64,000 nt of DNA from Sedimentisphaerales bacterium (GTDB taxonomy: Bacteria; Planctomycetota; Phycisphaerae; Sedimentisphaerales; SM23-30): the NCBI GenBank assembly GCA_016934515.1, contig JAFGSR010000009.1:2375-66374 (forward strand), given 5' to 3'. The notes beneath the pieces were generated by a model. It was not told the origin of the DNA and did not search any database. It saw nothing but the letters and a program-made list of their open reading frames with translations. Position numbers and translations under genes: made by a program. How positions within the stretch are numbered: the first letter of the stretch is position 1; every line of letters starts with the position of its first letter. Below, in pieces: positions 8,941-18,051 of this stretch.

Positions 8941-9387
8941 TTATTTTAGCCATTCGTACATTTCGTAGTGGTCGCGGTTCATTCCCAATTTTTCATAAAC
9001 TTCTCGGGCGACGGAGTTGGTTTTGTCAACGTAGAGTCGCAAGCCTTTGAGGTTTGGGTCCTGGATTACCTGTTGTTTGAGGTTTTGGTACAACAGCCGA
9101 AAGAGGCCTTGTTTGCGGGCTGGGGGTTTAATGTAAAGTGAATGAATCCAAAGGACTGTTCCGCAGCGCCAGTCGGACCATTCGGGAATAACCAGCATCG
9201 AACCGAGCAATTGTACTTTGGCTTCGACGACCCAGTAGGTTCCGCGGGCGGGCTCAGCGAAAACACCGGCAACACCCCGGCGGACAACTTCGATGTCCAG
9301 TTCCATTTTTTCGGTTTCCCGGGCCATCAGAATCTGGAATTGGGTGATCTGTTCGGCATCATTTTTTCGGGCTTTTCGTACGTTCAC
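8941..9387 (-). CDS. GNAT family N-acetyltransferase
   Basis: 148 aa. Acetyl-CoA-binding-like segment (IKPPARKQGLFRLLY) and typical GNAT length and layout. Confidence 0.75.
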   Translation of the reverse strand: MNVRKARKNDAEQITQFQILMARETEKMELDIEVVRRGVAGVFAEPARGTYWVVEAKVQLLGSMLVIPEWSDWRCGTVLWIHSLYIKPPARKQGLFRLLYQNLKQQVIQDPNLKGLRLYVDKTNSVAREVYEKLGMNRDHYEMYEWLK

Positions 9388-9618
9388 GCTCGGATCCTCG
9401 GTAATAAAAAAACGACTGGTTATTATGGTTTTTTTGGGCTATAATATCAACCGTTTTCCGACTATCTAACTAATGAATGTAATGGTGGAATATGGCTGTG
9501 GTTGCCAAAAGCGGTTTTTGGAAGGAAATGCCAAAATCGGGCTTTTTGGGTAAGAATCGGTGAACAGGCGGTGCGGGTGGTGCGTAATGTTAGTTGAAGT
9601 CGTGGTTTGAGGGCTGAT

Positions 9619-11286
9619 ATGCGAAAACCAATCGAGAAAAAGCTTAGTCAGGTCCGTATCAATTGTATTATAAATTTGCTTATAGAACAGTCTGGTCGGG
9701 TGTTGTTTGTGGCCGGGATTGCTGCTTTTTTGGCGGTTCTGGTGGAGAAGTTGCTGGCTTATAACGTTATTAATCAGCAAGCCATTCTGGGGATTGCTGT
9801 TGTGGCGGGGACGGTCGTTATTTGGTTATGGATAAAGAAGTGGCCGAGCAAGATGCAGGCGGCGTTGCTGGTCGATGAGCGACTCCGGCTGCATGAGCGA
9901 TTCAGTACGACGCTGGCGTTAGCTGAGAGTCAGAATCCTTTTTCGCAAGCGGCTCGTGAGGAAGCTTTGCAGATGGCGGGGCAGATTTCGCTGGAGGGGC
10001 ATTTTCCGGTTCGGCCGACGCGGCGATGGTATTGGGTGGTTAGTTTTTGGCTGACAGCCATTTTGCTTTTTGCGTATCTGCCGCAAAAAGATCTGCTGGG
10101 TTTTCTGGACAAGAAGGCAAGTGAGCAGCTAATTGCTCAGGAAAACGAGAAAGTTCAAGCGGAGATTAAAACTACCGCCGGGATTGTCAAGCAGGCGGTT
10201 AAGCAGTTGGGGAACCCGGAACTTACAGATGAGTTGGCACCGTTGGAGAATTCGTTGCCGGAATCTGATCCCTTAGCTATGAAGCAGCAAGCGATTAAAA
10301 AGCTTGGTGACCTATCTGAGAAAATCAAGAATCTCCAGAACGCTGAGCAAATGGATTCCCTAAGTTCTTTGCAACAGATGTTCAAGCAGCTCAAGGGATC
10401 GCCGGAGGAGTTTTCTCAGAAGCTATTGAGTGCTATGGCTCAGGGTGATTTTTCCAAAGCGGCGGAGATGCTGAAAAATCTTAACGAGAAAATGGCTCAG
10501 AACAACCTTCCCAAGGATCAGCAAAAGCAACTAGCTGAGCAACTCAAGCAAATTGCTAAGCAACTGGAGGGGCTGGCAGAGAAAAATCAGGAGATGGAGA
10601 GGGAGCTGGAAAAAGCGGGGCTGGATAAGAAACTGGCCAAGCTCGATCCGGAGCAACTTAAAAAGGCACTGGAGAAACAGGGGCTCAGTTCGGAGAAAAT
10701 TGAGCAGTTGATGAAAAAGGCATCGGCCTGTCGGATGGCAGCGAATCGTTGCAGCGAGCTAAGCCAGGCGATGGGAGCGTGTGCCGGTGGTGACGGCGGG
10801 CTAAGCGGGGACGATATTGAGGCTTTGGCGGGTCAGATGGAAGAGTTGGGTGCTGCCGAGGAACAGATGAAGCTTTCTCAGGCGACCCTTGACGAAATCG
10901 AACGGGCTATTGCCTGCCTTGGCCAGGGTATGTGTCAGGGGCTGGGTGGATATGGAGAATTCAAAGAGGGCTCCTCCGATAAAATCGGCACAGGTACCGG
11001 CGGGCCCGGCAAAGGATTCGGCGCTCGTGATTCGGATAGCAGCGGCCAGACCGCTACCAAGAGTACGAAAATTGAATCGCCCAGTTCAAAAGGTCCGGCG
11101 GTGGCGAGTTACTATTTTAAGGATTCGCAGGTTAAGGGTCAATCGCGGCGGGAGCTTACCGAAGTGGTGCAAGCCGCCCGCAAGAATGCTTCGGAAGCAA
11201 TTGACGACAACCAGATACCCAGGAAATATGAAGATTCCGTTAAAAATTACTTCGGGAATCTGGAACAGGAAGGTAATGACGAATGA
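9619..11286 (+). CDS. Membrane-anchored coiled-coil protein
   Basis: Three N-terminal hydrophobic helices, then about 350 aa of K/E/Q/L-rich heptad-like sequence, a Gly-rich segment and a C-terminal 'IPRKYEDSVKNYFGNLE' motif. ATG at 9619; the ORF track starts at TTG 9607. Confidence 0.65.
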   Translation: MRKPIEKKLSQVRINCIINLLIEQSGRVLFVAGIAAFLAVLVEKLLAYNVINQQAILGIAVVAGTVVIWLWIKKWPSKMQAALLVDERLRLHERFSTTLALAESQNPFSQAAREEALQMAGQISLEGHFPVRPTRRWYWVVSFWLTAILLFAYLPQKDLLGFLDKKASEQLIAQENEKVQAEIKTTAGIVKQAVKQLGNPELTDELAPLENSLPESDPLAMKQQAIKKLGDLSEKIKNLQNAEQMDSLSSLQQMFKQLKGSPEEFSQKLLSAMAQGDFSKAAEMLKNLNEKMAQNNLPKDQQKQLAEQLKQIAKQLEGLAEKNQEMERELEKAGLDKKLAKLDPEQLKKALEKQGLSSEKIEQLMKKASACRMAANRCSELSQAMGACAGGDGGLSGDDIEALAGQMEELGAAEEQMKLSQATLDEIERAIACLGQGMCQGLGGYGEFKEGSSDKIGTGTGGPGKGFGARDSDSSGQTATKSTKIESPSSKGPAVASYYFKDSQVKGQSRRELTEVVQAARKNASEAIDDNQIPRKYEDSVKNYFGNLEQEGNDE

Positions 11287-11340
11287 CGAAGTTCGAATGA
11301 CGGAATCAATGATAAATGATGAATTTTAGCAATGAATTGA
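11274..11340. repeat. Degenerate (AATGAYGA)n word-repeat spacer
   Basis: AATGACGAATGACGAAgttcGAATGACGGAATCAATGATAAATGATGAAtttt. It shares the 15-mer AATGACGAATGACGA with position 4248. Its first words encode the last codons of the upstream gene. Confidence 0.65.
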
Positions 11341-11452
11341 GCGATTTGGAAAAAGGTTGAAGATCGCTGGATTTTCAGATGCAATTTTTCGGGGTAAATT
11401 ATGGTTTCTTCATCCTCGCGGGACAGCAATAAAAAAGAAAGGGGATTATTTC

Positions 11453-12538
11453 GTGTCGTACGCTAAATTTTCTGAATTATCACGATCAGTTAGCGCTATT
11501 ATCACTCCGGCCTTGCTGATGGTTATCCTGGTCTTGCTATTGGTTGTTCAGCCGGGCTGTAGAAATCGTTCGTCGGATGGTGATTCCTCCGGCGAGCAGA
11601 AACAGGTGGTTCTTTATTGTTCAGTTGATCAGGTGGTGGCGGAGCCGATTATCCGGGAATTTGAGAGGCTTAGCGGAATAAAAGTGCTGGCCCGTTTTGA
11701 TACCGAAGCCAGCAAAACTGTTGGTCTGGTGCAGAAAATTCGTGCTGAATCGGCAGCTCCATTGGCGGATGTGTTCTGGTCGGGCGAGATTTTTCATACC
11801 ATTCGGATGGCCCGGGAAGGATTGCTGGAGGGATATTCCAGCGACCGGACCGAAAAATGGCCTGGGCAGTTTGCGGATCCTGAGGGTCGTTGGTATGCTT
11901 TTGCTTTGCGATGTCGGGTTATCGGTTACAACAGAAACCGGTTGAGTGCTGAAGAGGCGCCTAAATCACTTGAGGATCTGCTTGACGAGAAATGGGAAGG
12001 GAGGCTGGTGATGGCTACGCCTCAGTTCGGCACAACCGGTGGTGATGTTGCCAGTTGGTTTGTGCATTATGGTGAGCAGCGTGGGACAGAAATTCTCCGG
12101 CGGCTCAAGGAAAACCAGGTTCGGATCGTGGCGGGAAACAGCACCGCGGTCAGGATGGTGGTATCGGGGCAGGCTGATATTTGTCTAACTGATACCGACG
12201 ATGTTTATGCGGGCCAGAGAAATGAATGGCCGATTGCTTTGCATCCTCTCGATCAGGCGGGGCAAGGCGCTTTAGCTATTCCTAACACGGCGGCTCTAAT
12301 CAAAAAAGCTCCTCATCCGGAAGCGGCGAAGATGCTTATGGAGTTTTTGCTAAGCGATAAACTCGAAGAAATGCTGCTGGAATCGTATTCACATAACATT
12401 CCGGTCAATAAAACCATTGAGCAGTTGCCGGAAAGTCTGAGAAAGTTCGCCCTTGGTAATCATCTGGAGATTGATTACCAGAAAGTTGCCGATCAGTTGC
12501 CCGTGGCGATTGATACGGCCGGGGGAATTTTTCAGTGA
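11453..12538 (+). CDS. ABC transporter periplasmic binding protein, Fe(III)/FbpA-AfuA-like
   Basis: Hydrophobic N-terminal signal, then VVLYCSVDQ...FE..SGIKV....DTEASKT..L..KI..E....ADVFWSGE, typical of family-1 iron-binding proteins. I prefer the GTG at 11453; the ORF is open from 11357. Confidence 0.75.
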   Translation: MSYAKFSELSRSVSAIITPALLMVILVLLLVVQPGCRNRSSDGDSSGEQKQVVLYCSVDQVVAEPIIREFERLSGIKVLARFDTEASKTVGLVQKIRAESAAPLADVFWSGEIFHTIRMAREGLLEGYSSDRTEKWPGQFADPEGRWYAFALRCRVIGYNRNRLSAEEAPKSLEDLLDEKWEGRLVMATPQFGTTGGDVASWFVHYGEQRGTEILRRLKENQVRIVAGNSTAVRMVVSGQADICLTDTDDVYAGQRNEWPIALHPLDQAGQGALAIPNTAALIKKAPHPEAAKMLMEFLLSDKLEEMLLESYSHNIPVNKTIEQLPESLRKFALGNHLEIDYQKVADQLPVAIDTAGGIFQ

Positions 12539-15009
12539 AAATTGAACCTGCTGCTGCAACAAAAATAATTATTTTGGTAACGCTGGCGATCTGGGTGGGT
12601 TTATTTTTGTTGCCGCTGGTTGGAATGTTTTGGGAGCAAAACTCTGGTGCCGGCGATGCTGATGTTGTTCAGCAGTCGTCAGGATTGTGGCTGAAGTCGT
12701 TTGGGCTGGCGGGATTGATCGCGGTTGCAGCAGTGGTGCTGGGTTATCTGCCGGGGCGATTGCTGGGAACGTCCAGATCGGGCAGTTGTTGGCTGTTGAT
12801 GATTCTGCTGATGCCGCTGGTGCTGCCGCGGTATGTGCTTTACTATGCGTGGTCGCTGTTGTCGGCGCCGACGACGGAACTTGGTCGGGCCATTGCTGCT
12901 AATGCGGAGTTGGCCCGTTTTGTGGGTTGGGCTGGTGCGGGTTTGGTTTTGATTTTGTGGTACTGGCCTTTGTCGGCATTGTTAATTGGTCAGGGATGGC
13001 GAAATCTTGATCGGCAGATTTTTATGGCAGCTTCGCTGGAGGCGGATAATCGCCGGAGATTTACGAAAATTACTTTGCCGCTGCTGGCCCGGCCAATGCT
13101 GCTGGCTTTGGGGGTTTGTTTTGTTCTGGTGTTGTCGGAATTTGCCACTTTTCATCTGGCTGGTGTAAAAACCATCGGCACCGAGTTAGCGGTGCTCTAC
13201 GAACTTACCGGTTCGTCGGCTGTTGTGGTGCAGGCTGCGTGGCCGGTTGGGTTGGTTGCGTTGGTGGTGGCGGTTATTCTCAGTTGGGTGTGCCCGGAAT
13301 GGTCGGACAAGACCAGTATCCTGGAACCGCCTCGACGGGAAAGATCTTTCAATGCCTGGCTGGTTACGATATTGCTTTTGGCGATTTCCCTGCTGGTTCC
13401 GCTGGTGTTGCTGATTGGGAATCTCAGCAGTGTGGAACCCTTTGTGCAGTTTTTCAGTCTGCACCTGGACGGACTGGCGTGGTCTTGGGCAATTGCGACG
13501 GTTACCGCCCTAGGTGCTTACCTGCTAGCTTGGGGTACTATGGTTCTGGGTGATTATGGGAAATTTGGCAAATGGCTGGCTTTTATGGTGCGGTTTTCAA
13601 TCTTTTTTATGATGTTTATTCCCGCCTCATTACCGGCAGCGTCATTGCTTAGTCTGCTCTCGGTTAATTCGGCTGGTCAGGCTGTGCGGCAAAGCTGGCT
13701 TTTGGTTTGTGCGGGCCAGGTGGGTCGTTTTGCCGGGGTGGGTCTGATCGTTCTGCTATTGAACCGGGACAGTCACCAAAAGGTTCTTACGGAAATGACC
13801 CGGTTGGATACGTCGTCGCGATTCAAAACTTTTTTCTTTGTGCACCTGCGGCAGTCCTGGCCGATTTTTGTGGGGACTTTTCTGCTGCTGGTGATGTTCA
13901 GTCTAACGGAACTGTCGGCTACAATGGTGCTACTGCCGGCCGGGCTGCCGAATTTTGCCCAGCGGTTGCTCAATCAGATGCATTATGCCCGCGATCAGCA
14001 GGTTATCGTTTCGTGCCTGGCGTTGGTGGGACTTTTTATGGTACTTACTTTGATAGTCGTTGTACTTTTCCATGCAAGGAAGCTAACCCGCTCGGCAATG
14101 TTGATTGCGATGAGCTTTTGCGTCCTAGCGATTGGAGGCTGCGAAGACACGCTTAGCGGCGATACCGGGCCTGAGGTAATTGATTCATTCGGAGTACTGG
14201 GGCGAGGACAGGGACAATTTACTTATCCGCGGGCAATTGAATTGGCGGGGGATAACTCCGTCTTTATCGTGGACAAGACCGGTCGCATACAACATTTCGA
14301 TGGGCGGGGTAATTATCTCGACCAGATAGACATGCCCCAGACAGAAGCGGGCAAACCTGTTGGTCTCAGTTTTGCACCAGATGGAAATTTGTACGTTGCT
14401 GATACCCATTACCACCGGGTGGTTGTTTTTTCATCGAAGGGAAAATTAATCCACGAGTTCGGCAGTTTCGGTGAGACTGATGGGTGCTTTATCTATCCCA
14501 CGGATGTTGCTTTTGCCGATGATGGGCGGATTTTTGTCAGTGAATACGGTGGTAATGATCGGATAAGTGTTTTTAATCGTCAGTTTGAATTTTTATATTC
14601 GTTTGGCAGTGCCGGTTCCGAGTCTGGCCAATTCTCCCGGCCTGGGGGTTTGGCGGTGGATAGCCAGTGTGGACGACTTTACGTAGCCGACGCCTGCAAC
14701 CACCGCATCGCTGTGTATGACTTCGACGGTAACCTGATCGGTTATTTCGGTTCAGTCGGGTGCGGTGCGGGGCAGTTGCGTTATCCTTATGATCTTGACA
14801 TCCTCGAAAATGGGACATTGTTAGTTTGCGAATACGGCAATAATCGGATACAATTGTTTGATTCCGATGGTAATTCATTAGCAGTATTTGGTCGAGCCGG
14901 ACGTCAGCCTGGTCAACTGGCCTATCCGTGGGGATTAGCCGTTGACGAGAAAAATCGCGTTTATATTGTTGATGCCGGAAATAACCGTATTCAGATTTGG
15001 CAGTTATGA
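12535..15009 (+). CDS. Double-domain ABC permease (FbpB/AfuB-like, two EAA loops) fused to a C-terminal six-blade NHL-repeat domain
   Basis: About 520 aa with roughly 12 TM helices and two EAA-type loops (AASLEADNRRRF..ITLPLL; TEMTRLDTSSRF). At the junction sits a lipoprotein-like signal (MLIAMSFCVLAIGGC). It is followed by six NHL-type repeats (YP..(A/L)A.D...(L/I)(Y/F)V(A/V)D..N.RI..F). GTGA overlap with the binding-protein gene. Confidence 0.8.
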   Translation: MKIEPAAATKIIILVTLAIWVGLFLLPLVGMFWEQNSGAGDADVVQQSSGLWLKSFGLAGLIAVAAVVLGYLPGRLLGTSRSGSCWLLMILLMPLVLPRYVLYYAWSLLSAPTTELGRAIAANAELARFVGWAGAGLVLILWYWPLSALLIGQGWRNLDRQIFMAASLEADNRRRFTKITLPLLARPMLLALGVCFVLVLSEFATFHLAGVKTIGTELAVLYELTGSSAVVVQAAWPVGLVALVVAVILSWVCPEWSDKTSILEPPRRERSFNAWLVTILLLAISLLVPLVLLIGNLSSVEPFVQFFSLHLDGLAWSWAIATVTALGAYLLAWGTMVLGDYGKFGKWLAFMVRFSIFFMMFIPASLPAASLLSLLSVNSAGQAVRQSWLLVCAGQVGRFAGVGLIVLLLNRDSHQKVLTEMTRLDTSSRFKTFFFVHLRQSWPIFVGTFLLLVMFSLTELSATMVLLPAGLPNFAQRLLNQMHYARDQQVIVSCLALVGLFMVLTLIVVVLFHARKLTRSAMLIAMSFCVLAIGGCEDTLSGDTGPEVIDSFGVLGRGQGQFTYPRAIELAGDNSVFIVDKTGRIQHFDGRGNYLDQIDMPQTEAGKPVGLSFAPDGNLYVADTHYHRVVVFSSKGKLIHEFGSFGETDGCFIYPTDVAFADDGRIFVSEYGGNDRISVFNRQFEFLYSFGSAGSESGQFSRPGGLAVDSQCGRLYVADACNHRIAVYDFDGNLIGYFGSVGCGAGQLRYPYDLDILENGTLLVCEYGNNRIQLFDSDGNSLAVFGRAGRQPGQLAYPWGLAVDEKNRVYIVDAGNNRIQIWQL

Positions 15010-18000
15010 CAGGCAATTATCACATTTATTTTGCACAGCCGGTCTGGCTGATTGGCTGGGTGCTGATTATCCCGCTGCTGTGGCTGGCGAGGTATAACCT
15101 TGCTACCCTGGGGCCTGTGCGGCGTTTTTTGGCGGTTATTTTTCGGTGTCTGACTATCGCTTTGCTGGTTGGATTGCTGGCTCAGCCCAAGTTGACCAGG
15201 GAAAATCAAAATCTTTGTGTAATCGGTGTCCTGGACCGCAGTTTGTCCATTCCCGAGCCATTGGCCAAAGCGTCTCTGCAATATCTTATTGATTCCCTGC
15301 CGGACAAACTTGTTCAAAATCGTTTTGCGGTTGTCGATATTGCCGAAGCCGCCAGCATTTCCAAACTGCCCAGCAACACTACTGAAATCAGGCAGCGCAA
15401 CACTACTCTTTTTGGTCGGCAGACCAAGCTTTCTGATGGGGTGCAAATGGCCCTTGCTATAGCACCGCCCGATACGGCTACCCGATTGTTGCTTATCAGC
15501 GACGGGAACGAAACTGACGGCGATCTCAAGGAAGCCGCCCGCATCGCCGCTGCCAACCAAATTCCTATTGATGTGCTTGCCCTGCGATATCAATATGAAA
15601 ATGAGGTGATTTTCAAGCGGCTGGTTGCTCCGGCTCATGCGCGCAGCGGGCAAACTGTTTCACTGCGTTTTGTGTTGGCTTCGACGGTAGAAACTCAGGG
15701 AAAACTTTTTCTCACTCTCAACGGTAAAAGTGTTGATATTGATCCTGATTCTGACCAAGTTGCTGCTGTGGTGCATCTGAAACCGGGCACGAATGTCAAG
15801 ACTATTTCTTTGCCGTTGGGTACGCGTGGGATCCATGATTTCAAGGCAACGTTTATTCCTGATGATCCGCAACGGGACAAGATTACTCAGAACAACCAGG
15901 TTTCGGCGTTGACGGCGGTTCTCGGTCCCGGCCATGTTCTGGTAGTTGATGCCGACGGGTCCTCCGGGCAAACTCTGCGCGGTTTGCTGGGCAATACTAA
16001 CCTGGATATTCGGTCTTGCCTGGTTGATGATTTTCCCACAGATCTGTCGCAGCTAATTGATGCGGACGCTATAATTCTGGCCAACACCGATTGCGGAAGC
16101 TTCTCTTTCCATCAGCAACAATTGCTCACCCGTTATGTTAACGATCTCGGCGGCGGGTTGATTATGACCGGCGGCCCGAGCGCATTTGGTGCCGGTGGAT
16201 GGATTGGTTCGCCGGTGGCGGATATTTTGCCGGTCGATCTTGATCCGCCCCAGAAAAAACAACTTCCCAAAGGTGCTCTGGTGTTGGTCATGCACGCCTG
16301 CGAAATGCCCCAGGGAAATTACTGGGGCAAAAAAGTTGCCCAAGCGGCGGTTAAGACTCTCAGCCGCCATGACCTGGTGGGCATTCTCGCATACGGTTGG
16401 CAAGAGGGCGGCAGTAATTGGGTTTTCCCGCTTTCGGTAGCTGGAAACAAATCGGCGGTAATGGCTGCTATCAACCAAATGCAGATGGGTGATATGCCCG
16501 ATCTGGCTTCTCACATTCAGGCTGCTTATGACAAACTCAAGGATAGTGACGCCGCCCAGAAGCATATTATTGTCATCAGCGACGGTGACCCCTCTCCGCC
16601 AAGTGGTAATCTGCTTGGCCAACTCAAACAGGCCGGCATCACCTGCACAGGCGTGGGGATTTTTCCTCATTCGCCTGCTGACGTTAACAGCCTTCGGCGT
16701 ATTGCCCAGCTTACCGGTGGGCGATTTTACAATGTTAAAAATCCAAACCAGTTACCCCAGATTTTTATCAAGGAAGCTCAGGTTGTTCGCCGAGCTCTAA
16801 TTGTCGAAGAAACCTTTACCCCACAAATCAGCTATTCGCTCAACGAAATCACCCAGGGGCTATCTGTGCCGCTTCCTGATCTGGATGGTTATGTACTGAC
16901 CGGGCCCAAACCCGGTTTGTCTCAGATGATCCTTAACAGTAATCAGAGCGATCCGGTTCTGGCCACCTGTCAGTCGGGGCTGGGTCGATGTCTGGTATTC
17001 ACCAGTTCCCTCGACAGCCGGTGGGGATCGAAGTGGCTGAGTTGGAGCCAGGCAGAAAACTTCTGGGAACAGGCTCTGCTGTGGAGTGCTAAATCCGCCC
17101 AAACCGGTGATTGCGAGATTCTGACCGATGTTAATGGTCGCGACGTTACCGTCAACATCGAAGCGATTGATCCGGAGGGCAAATTCCAGACCCTTTCCAA
17201 CATTGGCGCCCAGGTTATCAGCCCGGACGTTTCCGCCAAAAATTTGCAACTGACTCAAACCGGGCCCGGACAATACCAAGGTCGCTTTCAGGCGGACAGT
17301 GCCGGAAATTACATTTTAAACCTGCGTTATCAAAAGCTCGGTGAAGATGCCCAGCCTCAAATCACCCAAACGCCCATAACGGTTCCGTTTGCACCGGAAT
17401 ATCGCGATCTATCTGATAATTTTGCGCTGCTTCAGCAGGTCAGCACTATTACCGGTGGCCGAATTCTACCGGAGGATCCCGAGATGGCTGACATTTTCTC
17501 AACAGCAGGTGTTAAGTTTCCTGAAACGCACCTGCCGCTTAATCAGCCTTTGATGCTGATCTGGCTGGCGGTTTTTCTGCTCGATGTAGCGATCCGCAGA
17601 ATCGCCTTTGATTTCAAAGCCCTGACAAAAAAGCTGGCGATCATTTTCCGTTCACCTGCGTCGGCGAAAGAATCGGAACAAACCCTGGAAAGATTGAAAG
17701 TTACCCGTCGAAAAGTTCAGGACAGCTACACCAGTAGCGGCCAGGATATTGCTGTTTCAAAAGCTCAGGCTAAAAAGCGTTACCAAGGCGCCGACCAGAT
17801 TGCCGATCAGTCTGCTGTGGAAATGCCTCAGGCCGGCGGGGCGCAAGCGGTTCAGCAGGCCGGTGGGAAGTTTGATGGGCAATCTTCACCGGACTCGGAT
17901 AAGAAAGCTGCTGACGACTCGAAAACAACCGCTTCGCCTGAGGACCAGGAACAATCTCATATTCAGCAGCTTCTGCGGGCTAAACGTAGAGCTGCGGATC

Positions 18001-18029
18001 GAAAAAATAAAGACAAACCAGAAAGATGA
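15006..18029 (+). CDS. Large membrane protein: BatA-type N-terminal anchor, two VWA domains and a GATase1-like domain
   Basis: N-terminal 'aerotolerance regulator'-type TM pair. VWA-like segments (VIGVLDRSLS...LLLISDGNETDG; HIIVISDGDPSPP). GATase1/ThuA-like segment (HVLVVDADG...ADAIILAN...GGGLIMTGG). C-terminal TM helix and charged tail. ATGA overlap with the upstream gene. Confidence 0.8.
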   Translation: MTGNYHIYFAQPVWLIGWVLIIPLLWLARYNLATLGPVRRFLAVIFRCLTIALLVGLLAQPKLTRENQNLCVIGVLDRSLSIPEPLAKASLQYLIDSLPDKLVQNRFAVVDIAEAASISKLPSNTTEIRQRNTTLFGRQTKLSDGVQMALAIAPPDTATRLLLISDGNETDGDLKEAARIAAANQIPIDVLALRYQYENEVIFKRLVAPAHARSGQTVSLRFVLASTVETQGKLFLTLNGKSVDIDPDSDQVAAVVHLKPGTNVKTISLPLGTRGIHDFKATFIPDDPQRDKITQNNQVSALTAVLGPGHVLVVDADGSSGQTLRGLLGNTNLDIRSCLVDDFPTDLSQLIDADAIILANTDCGSFSFHQQQLLTRYVNDLGGGLIMTGGPSAFGAGGWIGSPVADILPVDLDPPQKKQLPKGALVLVMHACEMPQGNYWGKKVAQAAVKTLSRHDLVGILAYGWQEGGSNWVFPLSVAGNKSAVMAAINQMQMGDMPDLASHIQAAYDKLKDSDAAQKHIIVISDGDPSPPSGNLLGQLKQAGITCTGVGIFPHSPADVNSLRRIAQLTGGRFYNVKNPNQLPQIFIKEAQVVRRALIVEETFTPQISYSLNEITQGLSVPLPDLDGYVLTGPKPGLSQMILNSNQSDPVLATCQSGLGRCLVFTSSLDSRWGSKWLSWSQAENFWEQALLWSAKSAQTGDCEILTDVNGRDVTVNIEAIDPEGKFQTLSNIGAQVISPDVSAKNLQLTQTGPGQYQGRFQADSAGNYILNLRYQKLGEDAQPQITQTPITVPFAPEYRDLSDNFALLQQVSTITGGRILPEDPEMADIFSTAGVKFPETHLPLNQPLMLIWLAVFLLDVAIRRIAFDFKALTKKLAIIFRSPASAKESEQTLERLKVTRRKVQDSYTSSGQDIAVSKAQAKKRYQGADQIADQSAVEMPQAGGAQAVQQAGGKFDGQSSPDSDKKAADDSKTTASPEDQEQSHIQQLLRAKRRAADRKNKDKPER

Positions 18030-18051
18030 TAAATAACACAGGAGGTTTATT

